Below, in pieces: positions 1-8,722 of a stretch of DNA of 37,421 nucleotides; the first letter of the stretch is position 1, and every line of letters begins with the position of its first letter. The position numbers and the translations under genes were made by a program. The notes below the pieces were generated by a model. That model saw nothing but the letters and a program-made list of their open reading frames with translations, searched no databases and was not told the DNA's origin. Where the stretch lies: the NCBI GenBank assembly GCA_964561775.1, contig CAZLSD010000007.1, positions 1 to 37,421 on the forward strand, given 5' to 3'. The DNA is from an uncultured Desulfarculus sp. Lineage in GTDB: Bacteria > Desulfobacterota > Desulfarculia > Desulfarculales > Desulfarculaceae.

Positions 1-1
1 G

Positions 2-1564
2 GGTGGGCGGCGGCTCCGGCGCGCTGGCCAGCGCCTTGATCCTGGGCAAGGGCTCAGAGTCATCAAACCCGCGCAGCAGCACGTCCACGCCCACGGGAAA
101 GCCGGCGGCCTCCGAGGTGAAGCGGCCTACAAATTCGCTGCCGAAAACATATTCGCGCAGGATTTGCACCGACTCCAGTTCCGCTTCCTCGTCAGGCAGC
201 ACTTCCAACAGTCGCCGGGAAATGATCATGATCAATTTGCTGCGTGGTCTGGTGATGGCTACGTTGAAGCGTTCGCGGGTGAACAGAAAGCCTGCCTCGG
301 CCCGGGCGAACTCGGGATCGGCCACGGTATAGGAGATGATGACGGCCTCGCGCTCCCTCCCCTGCATGCGCTCCACCGTCTCGACTTGGCAGTCCGCGCC
401 CATCCCCCTTTCCCGCAGCTGTTTGGTTATTTCCCGCACCTGGGCGCGGTGGGGGGCCACCACGGCCAGCCCTTTTTCCCACAGCGCCGCCCCGTAGGGC
501 GCGCCCGACTCGTCCAGCATCCTCTCCACCAGGGCCTGGGCCAGATCGGCCGCCAAGGCAGCCTCGAAGGAGCTTCGGGTGGCCGTGGGCGGTCCGTCGT
601 GCAGCAGGACGCAGACCGAATAACGCGGGTCCAGCGCGGCCGCCAGCCAGCTGTCTTCAATGCCTTGCTCCCAGCCCGCGGCCAGAGGCAAGACGCGTTG
701 CGCCACGGCCGGGGCGGGATAAAACTCGTCGTAGAAAAAATCGGCCGGCGGCGCGGCCAGGGTGGCATTGAGGCGGTAGGTCTCGGTCAGGGCGTATTCG
801 GCCACCCGGGCCGATTGCAGGAAGGTATAGAGGGAGCGGCCCAATTCCTTGCCCTCCACCTGCCACTGGGCAAGAGAGCCGATGGGCGGGAGTTGACGGT
901 CGTCGCCGGCCACGATCATCCTGGCCCGCTCGCCCAGGGGAGCCAGGGCCATGAGCCCCTGCCCCACCTTCATCTGCGAGGCCTCGTCCAGACAAAGCAG
1001 ATTAAATATTTCCCCGTCCAGGCCGGCCGGGACCCCGCATTTTCCTTGCCCAAGCGCCTTATAGACACCCCAGGTGGTCATGCCGACCATCACGCGCTCT
1101 TGACGGAGCAAATCGGCCAGACCAGCCAACTCCACCGCCTGAACGCCGGAGGCTGCATCTTGATCGGCGTCCAGCATGGCCAGCGGGATATCTTCCTCCA
1201 GCAGTTCCAGGCAGCGCCTGGCGCCCGCCAGCAAGTTGGCTATGGCGTTGCGGGTGAAGGCGGTGGCCAGCACCCGGCAGGGCCTCTCCTCTTTTTTGCA
1301 GACGGCCAGATAGCCGGCGGCCATCCAGGCCAGCAGGGTGGTCTTTCCAGTGCCCGGCGGCCCCAACACCAGGGCGCAACGTTGGCCGGCCAGGCCCTCA
1401 AAGGCTTCCCGTTGCCTAGCGCCCAGGCCGGCCAAGCCTTGTCCCTGCAAGGCAGGCATGACAATCTCATGCAGGCTGCGCAGCCAAAGCCTTCGCTCGT
1501 CTTCGTCCACTGCCGCCAGACCGGCCGGGTCGGCCAGGAAGCCGCGTATGGTTTGCGGTTTCAT
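2..1564 (-). CDS. SF1B (Upf1/Dna2/AAA_11-AAA_12-like) helicase, C-terminally truncated by the window edge; missing from the ORF track
   Basis: Hand translation from ATG at 1564 (ATGA overlap with the upstream stop): MKPQTIRGFLADP...LVLGPPGTGKTT (Walker A), LDEASQM (II), AGDDRQLPPI (III), TVERMQGREREAVII (V), RFNVAITRPRSKL (VI). All motifs are in one frame, which appears open to position 2. Confidence 0.92.
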   Translation of the reverse strand, partial: MKPQTIRGFLADPAGLAAVDEDERRLWLRSLHEIVMPALQGQGLAGLGARQREAFEGLAGQRCALVLGPPGTGKTTLLAWMAAGYLAVCKKEERPCRVLATAFTRNAIANLLAGARRCLELLEEDIPLAMLDADQDAASGVQAVELAGLADLLRQERVMVGMTTWGVYKALGQGKCGVPAGLDGEIFNLLCLDEASQMKVGQGLMALAPLGERARMIVAGDDRQLPPIGSLAQWQVEGKELGRSLYTFLQSARVAEYALTETYRLNATLAAPPADFFYDEFYPAPAVAQRVLPLAAGWEQGIEDSWLAAALDPRYSVCVLLHDGPPTATRSSFEAALAADLAQALVERMLDESGAPYGAALWEKGLAVVAPHRAQVREITKQLRERGMGADCQVETVERMQGREREAVIISYTVADPEFARAEAGFLFTRERFNVAITRPRSKLIMIISRRLLEVLPDEEAELESVQILREYVFGSEFVGRFTSEAAGFPVGVDVLLRGFDDSEPLPRIKALASAPEPPPT

Positions 1565-3840
1565 GAAACGGCCTTGTCCAGGTGGGCCAGGAAGCCGCAT
1601 AGCCGCTCTGTGTTGACGTCGGCAAACCCCCGATCCAGCACCCAAGATTCGGGAGCGGTCTCCCGCTGAAGCCGTTGCATCAAGGCTGACTCCCAGACCT
1701 CACGGGAGAGGCGCAGACGGAGCAACTCGTAGTCGTCGCCGGCTTGGGGCGTGGCTATCTTGGCCGCCAGGCTTTTCCACAGCGCCGGGTCCAGGAGATG
1801 GTCAGGATGGCCGTCGGAGAGAAGCAGCGCGTCATCATCGCGGAGCAGTTCGTTCTCCCTTGCCTCGGGCGGGATGCGCAGCAGAAGCTGGCATCCTCCC
1901 CGCCGCCCGGGCCTGACCTCCAGCAACTCCAGCCCGGCCAGGCAGAGGCCCCGGGAGCGGCGTATCTCCAGCGGCTGGGCCAATCGATGCAGGGCTTTCA
2001 GCAGGGAGACGCGGTTTTCCAGCAAGGCTCGCGCGCGCAGCATGTCCAGCGCGCCAGTAGCCAGCGGGTCGAAGTCGCGATGCAGCCTGAAGGAGGCCTT
2101 ATTAAGACGCAGGAAGCGTTGGTCGGGCGGCAGTTGCTGGTTGGCGGCCTCCAGCCACTGGGTCAGCCCCTGCATGGCCCACAACCTGGCCTGGACATCG
2201 GCGCGCACTTCCCGCCCGGAGATATGCCCTTCCGCCATTTCCCGGCACACGCTCAGATTCAATCTGGCCGAGAAGGGCCTGGCGAACAAACGCCCGGGCA
2301 CATAGAGGTGCTGGGGAGCGGGTTGCAGTCTGCTCATGGCCTGGCAGACTCGGGCCAGGTCATAGGAAACCTTGGCCGGAAGGACGGCAATCTCCTCCAG
2401 GACCCTGCGCAGGGAACTGGCTGGCAGATGATGGTAGCCGTGATACTCCGGTTCGGGAAGCACCGCATCGGGGGGGAAGAGCCGGAGCAGGTCCAGCGCG
2501 CCCTTGAGCAAATCCGGCCGCGCCAGGCGCCGCCCCAGGGCCTGGGCCAGGTCCACCGACTCGGCGGGTTCATATACGAAAATATGCAATATCTCGTGCG
2601 CGCCGGTTTGATTAGCCTGATGGGCGGCCCGCAGCTGTTCGAGCAGCACGCGCAGAACTCCGGCCAAGGCCCGGCCTTCTTCGCCGGCGTTTTTCACCAA
2701 GGCGATCTCCTGCGCCACCTTCTCGCCCCCCCGTGTAACCAGGATTCCCAAGGCGGCCAGGCGATCGGCCAGAGGGTCGCGGTCGGCCACCAGGAACACC
2801 TTGGTGTGCGACAGAGGAGGCATGCGCAGGGTGACCTGCCCTGGCCTGAGCCGGGCCCGGCCGTCGAGCAGCGCCCCGGCCCGTGCCACCAAGCGGCGGC
2901 CCTGGGTGGATAGCTTCCAGTCCTCCAGACGGCCATGCAGGATATCGTGCCGGCTGGCCCACAGCGCGCCCAGGTCCTTGATCCCGCGTTGCTTGAGAAC
3001 CGTTTTTGTCTGATGAGACATGCCAGCCACGGCGCTCAGGTCCCAGCGCTCCCTGGGCAAGGAATCATCAATGGCGAGGAGGCAATGGGGCAGGAAGGCG
3101 CATTGCTCGCACTTGAAGTAAATATGAAATTCGGTATCGTCCCGCGCGGGGGAAACCTGGCGGGTCAAGGCCTGCCCCAGTTCCCGGCTTGCCCAATCCT
3201 TGATCACCGATTCATAGCTGCGCAGGCGAAACGCCGTCGGGAAATAGACGGCTTCTCCCGCCTCGACCTGGGGTGAGCGATGCCAAATCTCGCCCAGGGG
3301 ATCAATCTCGGCGCTGATGCTGTTGTCCTGCAAAACGCTCCTGAGCATCCAGGCGTACCACGCCAGCTGCATTTTGTGGAACGGCAAGGCCAGATGAGTG
3401 GATTTGATGTCCACCAAGCGGAATACGCGCCTTGCGCCTTCCTGGCGGGCCAGGAGCACGTCCACGATTCCGCGCGAAAAGCTGACCAAGTCCGGACCCA
3501 GGCCCAGGTATGCATGGAGCGCCGGCGTGGCGTTGATCTGCAGCTGGCAGGCCGCGTTGTACGGGATGCCGTCCTTGAGGAAGCCAAGCGAAGCCGCCTC
3601 GCTCAGGCATCTCTCGCCGGGTGGCGGAGCCAGCAGGCTGACCTGGGGGTCGGCGATCAACGCCTGGACCACCCTTTCCTCATAGTCGATGCCAAAGGCG
3701 GCCCAGGCTCCCGAGGCCTCATCCTCAAGGATGGGAATCGCCGTGCGAGCCGTCTTATCCATGGTCTCATAGACGAACTTGCGTTGGCAGCGATACTGGA
3801 ACCAGGACTTCACCGAAGTTGCGCTCAGAGACAGCCGCAA
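1561..3840 (-). CDS. PD-(D/E)XK (RecB/Cas4/Dna2-like) nuclease with predicted 4Fe-4S cluster and long C-terminal region (TM0106-like)
   Basis: 759 aa; N-terminal YRCQRK, VDVLL...LVDIKST, QLAWY, CEQCAFLPHC (CxxCx5C), then an HhH-like VAGMSHQTKTVLKQRGIKDL. TTG start after AGGGGGG. Confidence 0.8.
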   Translation of the reverse strand: MRLSLSATSVKSWFQYRCQRKFVYETMDKTARTAIPILEDEASGAWAAFGIDYEERVVQALIADPQVSLLAPPPGERCLSEAASLGFLKDGIPYNAACQLQINATPALHAYLGLGPDLVSFSRGIVDVLLARQEGARRVFRLVDIKSTHLALPFHKMQLAWYAWMLRSVLQDNSISAEIDPLGEIWHRSPQVEAGEAVYFPTAFRLRSYESVIKDWASRELGQALTRQVSPARDDTEFHIYFKCEQCAFLPHCLLAIDDSLPRERWDLSAVAGMSHQTKTVLKQRGIKDLGALWASRHDILHGRLEDWKLSTQGRRLVARAGALLDGRARLRPGQVTLRMPPLSHTKVFLVADRDPLADRLAALGILVTRGGEKVAQEIALVKNAGEEGRALAGVLRVLLEQLRAAHQANQTGAHEILHIFVYEPAESVDLAQALGRRLARPDLLKGALDLLRLFPPDAVLPEPEYHGYHHLPASSLRRVLEEIAVLPAKVSYDLARVCQAMSRLQPAPQHLYVPGRLFARPFSARLNLSVCREMAEGHISGREVRADVQARLWAMQGLTQWLEAANQQLPPDQRFLRLNKASFRLHRDFDPLATGALDMLRARALLENRVSLLKALHRLAQPLEIRRSRGLCLAGLELLEVRPGRRGGCQLLLRIPPEARENELLRDDDALLLSDGHPDHLLDPALWKSLAAKIATPQAGDDYELLRLRLSREVWESALMQRLQRETAPESWVLDRGFADVNTERLCGFLAHLDKAVS

Positions 3841-3888
3841 GATTCACCCCCCTGAGGCGGCGCGGTTTCACGCCCGCGTTGCCACGAC

Positions 3889-4614
3889 CTATCCTAGCCT
3901 GATCTTGAACGCCGTAGAGACGCTGTTCTTGCGCAACCAGGCCAAGGTATCGTCGCTCAGGTCGGCCAGCGTGGCCATTCCTTCGGCGGCTTTAAGCAGG
4001 AAGCCTATCAGCTCTTCGCCGCCTCCTTGGGATTTCAAACGGGAGCGCAGTTGCAGGCCTCCTTCCTTCAAGCGCTCAAGGGCTTGACGTTCCTTCTCCC
4101 CGGGCGGAAAAATCGAGGCCAAATGGTTAGCCTCGGCAGCTACAGCGATCATGTCTTGGCCCAGCGGCTTGGTGATGGTGAGTTTCAGCAACACCCTGCC
4201 CATGTTTTCCAGCGGCTGCGACTCCGCCTGGCAACTTTTCCGCCAAGCCTCACGCAGCCTCGTCTTGAGACTGCCTATCGCCGTCTGGGTTTGGGGCCAA
4301 ACATTTGCGCGCCAGGCCTTAATATCCTCAGGCGTTCTGGCCGCGCGCAAGGTTCTGGCCGCTTTGCGCAGGACGGCGGCGTTTGCGCGCAAATCCTCCT
4401 GATCGGCTGCGGCTGCCAAAATTTCGGCGCCCTTGATGTCCTTGAGGTCGCCTATGCATCGCGGGTCGTCACGCACCGCTTCCAGAACCTGGCGCAGTTG
4501 GGCGCCGAATCGCCTCTTGTCCGCGCCTAATTTCAGGTCGCCACTTTTTCTCCAAGCGCTCAACTGGGCCAGCATGGCGCGAGGATCATCAAGTTGCTCT
4601 GCCACGTCTGTCAT
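3889..4614 (-). CDS. Hypothetical helical protein, DpdI-like by position and size
   Basis: 241 aa, ATGA overlap with dpdH, no catalytic motif seen; assignment is from synteny only. Confidence 0.6.
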   Translation of the reverse strand: MTDVAEQLDDPRAMLAQLSAWRKSGDLKLGADKRRFGAQLRQVLEAVRDDPRCIGDLKDIKGAEILAAAADQEDLRANAAVLRKAARTLRAARTPEDIKAWRANVWPQTQTAIGSLKTRLREAWRKSCQAESQPLENMGRVLLKLTITKPLGQDMIAVAAEANHLASIFPPGEKERQALERLKEGGLQLRSRLKSQGGGEELIGFLLKAAEGMATLADLSDDTLAWLRKNSVSTAFKIRLG

Positions 4615-7600
4615 CGGCGCTCACCTTTTTGTAGAATGGCCTGGGCCGCGTCCTCCAAAATATCCGCCACCTGATCCAGCCCGTAGTCCTCCTTTTGCTC
4701 AAGGTCGGCTATCCAGGCTTGCGCGTTGCGGTATGCTTCCCTGACGGCCTTGGCGGCCTCTTCCACCGCCTCGCGCAGTTGCTCGGCTTCGCTTGGATTC
4801 ACCCGCAAAACGCGCATCAAACATCGACGCGTCTCGCCCTCGTCTCCGGCCTGGCTCAGATGGCGAAGCGCTTTCTCCATCTCCCGCATCTTGGGGGAAG
4901 CGAAGGAGCCGGATACCGCGTGTTTCAGGTCGTTGCTGGCCTGATGCCAGCGGTGGGCATTGGCCGCACTAACTAACTCCATGTCCACCTGCAAGACATC
5001 GGGGAAGGCAGCCTCCACGTCGGCGAGAAAGGCCTCGGCATCGTCGCCTCCAGTCATCTCATAGACCTCTCGGGCCAGTTCTCGCAGCCGCTCGTCCTCC
5101 GTTTCCACCACCGCAGAGAACTGCCCGGCAAAAGCAGCGGACAATTCCGCCACAAACTGCAACCTGTCGAACGGCGAATGCAGCCTACCCTTACCCTGGG
5201 GCCATGCCCATTGACCTGCGGCCCAACGTTCGGAAAGGCCGCAAAGGATGGAGGGGTCCAACAGGTTTTCGCCTATGCCTCGCCCCCTGGGTTTTTGCCC
5301 CACGCGAACTGTTTCGCAAAGCAAGTCTGCCAGATTTTCGCGGTAGACGGACCAGCGTTCCCCCAACTCGGCCCAGCCGGATTGCCGATGGGCCAAGTTG
5401 GGCCTCTCGTCACTCAAGCAGGCCCTCCATTGCGCCAGCACCTCGTCATCCGGCGTGGACCTTCCGCTTAGCCAGCTGCCGGCCAGGAGCATTCCCAGGC
5501 ACATCTCCTGCGGATCGCCCCCCAGGAGGTCAACTAGATCACGGTAGATATTGTCGAGGTGCTCACGCAACAATTGGCCCAGCCAGCTTTGGAACTCCGC
5601 CAGTTCGGCGAAAAAGGGAAGGCGCTCCTCGATGGAGCCGCCTTGTCCGTGTTCCAGCCAGGCCATGGCGCATAAACCCCTTTGGCTCATGGTGTCGGGG
5701 GGCAGCCCCAATTGTACGCTTCTGATATTGCCGCCACCCTTGGAGCCCTGGAGGAATACGTTTTCCTTGGTGACCACCCAGTGCCAAAGCCAGTGTTTGA
5801 CACCCAAAGCTTCGGGTGACAGGGCTCTAACCGCCTTGCTCAACAGGTCCTGCCAGCAACTGGCCTCGCTCAAGCGCTTGCCGCTGGCCCAAAGATTGAG
5901 TTGCCGGCAGCGTTCCACCCATTCCTGCGGCAAAGTGAAGCCCAGGCGCTGAGGTGGTTGGGTTTGGGCGGCTGGTTGGGGAGGGCTGGCCGGGCGGGCA
6001 GGCTGTATACCCGTTTTTTTTGGCCGGGGTGTCTGAACAGCTCCGAGCGTCGTCACTACTCCATCCCCCGGCCAGGGCAGCCCAAAGGCCGCCATGACGC
6101 CGCGGGGCACTCCGGCATAGAACTGATGACCGTCCTCTTCGGTCTTCAATCCCCGGCCGCTCAACTCCCCCCACCAGGCTATGGCCCGTTGAAGACGTTG
6201 CCGCTGGTCTTCATCCTCCAGGCTCGCCAGGATATCGGACACGTCGGCGCTGGGGGCATCTATTTCCAGGGAGGAGCTTTCTATGCCGGGGTTGGGGAAT
6301 TTTCCTTCCACCAGCGCCTGGCGGTGATGGAGTATCTCGGAGACGATGTCTCGCAGCAGGGCGCGGGGAGTGCGCAGGCTGCGTTTGGCCTGGGGATCGC
6401 GCATCTGGTTCCAAAACCGGTCCAGGGCCTTCGCGGTGAAGGGGTAGAGCCCGACCGGCCCCTCGGCTATCCCCGGGATATCCAAGCCTCCAAAGGCGTC
6501 ATGGCATTCAGCCATATGGCCACAAGCGGCGCAGCGATTGGGACGTTCTCCCGCCACCCCTTCCTTGGCCCAGTCGTTGACCGCGCTCTCGCCCAGGCGT
6601 ATGGCATTGAGGTAGGTGGCCGCCAGAAAGTGGCGCGCCCTTGGTTCGCCCAGGAAATGGGTGCGCCACTGCCTGATATCGAAACTCTGGCTGGTCAATC
6701 GCAGATGTAGGTGGATGCGATCCCTAATGTTGCCCTGTTTCTCCAGGAACTCGGAGTAATAGTAGGGGGTGAGCCCCAGCACGGCCACCAGATCGCAGAG
6801 ATCGCCGTGCTGGCTGGCCTGGGAGTCGGGCAGCAAGGCCTCCAGCAGGGGCCGGTCCACGCCCTGCAGGTTGGTTATGTCTTCCAGGAGCAGCACCAGG
6901 CGCTTGCCGTCCCGGCCTAGGCGCTGGCGCACCTGCAGGAAGCGATGCTGCAACTGCCCCTGGGTCATACCCAGCAAGCCCTGCACGGCGTACTGGCAAC
7001 GGGTGTTCAAAGCCCGCAGTAGCCTGACTGAAATGGGCGCGCGATCCGCTAGCATGCGAAGTTGAGCATCGATGCCGTCGGCCTCCTGGGCCACCTGGGC
7101 TACGTGGGCGTGTTCATCCCGCAGCTTCAGGAAAAACCTACGCGCCTTGATATTGCCGAATTGTCCCTCATTGGCCAGCAGGGCGATCATCTGCTCCAGA
7201 TGGGAAGGGATAAATCGGGCTATCTGCTGATCGCGCTGCCCCTCCGCTCCCGAGAGGATGCGCACCAGATCCTGCGGAGCGTTCCACTCGGTCTTGAGCA
7301 CCTCCTTGTCCAGCAGGCGCCAGGCCTGGTTTTCATCCAGCCACTCGGCATCCAGGGGAAGGGCCGAACCTTGAGGGAAGGCCTCCAAGCGGCAGGTGGT
7401 GATAAGCTGGGCCAGGAAGGCCATGGCCTTTCCCTGTTCGGAGAAGTCCGCTACTTGCCCCAGGTCTCGCAGCGGCTCGGCATAGGTCGGCCCCAGGTTG
7501 GCGCGCAGACGTTCCAGCGTCCCCAATAGGCTACCGTCGCTGCGCGGCACCAGGACCACGTAGTCGGCTTCCTGAGCCGGCCATTGGTATTTCAGCCACT

Positions 7601-7850
7601 GGATCAAGTGAGACTTGCCTGAGCCCGGCTCGCCTTCCACCAGGGCCAGAGCGTGCCTGCGCGAGCGCAGCTGCTCCAGCACCGCGGCTTCGGTCCTGGC
7701 TCGCAGGCTTTCTTGGGCCGCGATCACCTCGAAGTCGTTGATGGGCAGGTGCACAGCAAAAAAGGCGGCGCGAGAATGCGTGGTGGCCTCGGTGCGGATG
7801 AAGCAGCCGATTTCCCTTTCCTGCCAGCAAGCGAATTTCTGGAAGCTCAT
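4611..7850 (-). CDS. dpdH: DpdH-like large P-loop ATPase
   Basis: 1079 aa; N-terminal Walker A GEPGSGKSHLIQWL and Walker B LVLLLED; follows dpdE-F-G with ATGA overlap. Confidence 0.75.
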   Translation of the reverse strand: MSFQKFACWQEREIGCFIRTEATTHSRAAFFAVHLPINDFEVIAAQESLRARTEAAVLEQLRSRRHALALVEGEPGSGKSHLIQWLKYQWPAQEADYVVLVPRSDGSLLGTLERLRANLGPTYAEPLRDLGQVADFSEQGKAMAFLAQLITTCRLEAFPQGSALPLDAEWLDENQAWRLLDKEVLKTEWNAPQDLVRILSGAEGQRDQQIARFIPSHLEQMIALLANEGQFGNIKARRFFLKLRDEHAHVAQVAQEADGIDAQLRMLADRAPISVRLLRALNTRCQYAVQGLLGMTQGQLQHRFLQVRQRLGRDGKRLVLLLEDITNLQGVDRPLLEALLPDSQASQHGDLCDLVAVLGLTPYYYSEFLEKQGNIRDRIHLHLRLTSQSFDIRQWRTHFLGEPRARHFLAATYLNAIRLGESAVNDWAKEGVAGERPNRCAACGHMAECHDAFGGLDIPGIAEGPVGLYPFTAKALDRFWNQMRDPQAKRSLRTPRALLRDIVSEILHHRQALVEGKFPNPGIESSSLEIDAPSADVSDILASLEDEDQRQRLQRAIAWWGELSGRGLKTEEDGHQFYAGVPRGVMAAFGLPWPGDGVVTTLGAVQTPRPKKTGIQPARPASPPQPAAQTQPPQRLGFTLPQEWVERCRQLNLWASGKRLSEASCWQDLLSKAVRALSPEALGVKHWLWHWVVTKENVFLQGSKGGGNIRSVQLGLPPDTMSQRGLCAMAWLEHGQGGSIEERLPFFAELAEFQSWLGQLLREHLDNIYRDLVDLLGGDPQEMCLGMLLAGSWLSGRSTPDDEVLAQWRACLSDERPNLAHRQSGWAELGERWSVYRENLADLLCETVRVGQKPRGRGIGENLLDPSILCGLSERWAAGQWAWPQGKGRLHSPFDRLQFVAELSAAFAGQFSAVVETEDERLRELAREVYEMTGGDDAEAFLADVEAAFPDVLQVDMELVSAANAHRWHQASNDLKHAVSGSFASPKMREMEKALRHLSQAGDEGETRRCLMRVLRVNPSEAEQLREAVEEAAKAVREAYRNAQAWIADLEQKEDYGLDQVADILEDAAQAILQKGERR

Positions 7851-8722
7851 ACCGGGGCCTCCTCTCCCAAACGCACGCTGGCAAAGGAGGGCGGCTCCGG
7901 CCTTCCCGGCGCCAGGCGGCGGGCCTCAGGCCTGTCGCCGCCCTCGTAGCCCAGGATCAAAATGCGCCGGCGGTGCAGTTCACGCAAGGCGTTGGACAAG
8001 ACGATGGAGGCTTCCCGGGTGGCTGTCTGCCCGGCGCGTTTCCAGGCGTCCAGCCACAACTCGCCACCATCCAGATAGGGCATGGCCTGGCCCAGCTTGT
8101 ATATAAACGCCGGAGCCGGCATCTCCTGGCCCTCGGCCAGTTCCGGTATGGTCTTGGCCACCCGAGCCAGACGATGGACCGGGTGGGGGATGAATCTGGC
8201 GATGCCGGTCGGTCCGGGCATGCCCAGACCCAGGGCGGTCATCCAGTCGACCCACACTGGCCACTGCGTGTCGTTGAAAAAAATCGTCTTGCCCTGAACG
8301 TCGGGCCTGGCCAGTACGTCCCTGAGCGGGTTCCAAGGATTTTCACCCAGCCAAGCGCTCCCCTTGCTTTCCACCAGCACCACCATGGCCGCGTAGATAT
8401 CGAGAAGTTCAGCCTCCGAGGGTGAGCGACGCACCGCGTCATGGAGTTGGTCCAGGAATTCCTCGCGCCGGCCCGGAACCGGCCGCACAAGATGCCATCC
8501 ATCCGTCTGGATAAAGCCGAGGCGCTCGCCCAGCGCGCGCAGGTTGCGGACTCTTTTCTTGAAGTCGTCCTTCCTTTCCCCGCTGGCGGAGGGGAGCAAC
8601 ATGATAGGGGCCATCCAAGAGAAGACCTTCTCCGGCTCAACCGGCTGAGGTTGTTCCCCCAAAAACCGCAGCAGGGCCCAGAGGGCGTCCTGGCGAGATT
8701 GCGGGTCCGAGAGGGTACTCAC
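7847..8722 (-). CDS. dpdG: DpdG-like protein
   Basis: 291 aa between the RecQ-like helicase and the ATPase; GTGA/ATGA overlaps; W..WMTALGLG and PYLDGG segments; size and position match DpdG. Confidence 0.68.
   Translation of the reverse strand: MSTLSDPQSRQDALWALLRFLGEQPQPVEPEKVFSWMAPIMLLPSASGERKDDFKKRVRNLRALGERLGFIQTDGWHLVRPVPGRREEFLDQLHDAVRRSPSEAELLDIYAAMVVLVESKGSAWLGENPWNPLRDVLARPDVQGKTIFFNDTQWPVWVDWMTALGLGMPGPTGIARFIPHPVHRLARVAKTIPELAEGQEMPAPAFIYKLGQAMPYLDGGELWLDAWKRAGQTATREASIVLSNALRELHRRRILILGYEGGDRPEARRLAPGRPEPPSFASVRLGEEAPV

Noticed and set aside
164-1669. 501-aa plus-strand ORF
   Set aside because: Antisense shadow of the minus-strand SF1 helicase, which carries all the conserved motifs.
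1561-3840. Cas4 call for the nuclease
   Set aside because: Much longer than Cas4, and no array or other cas genes are in the window.
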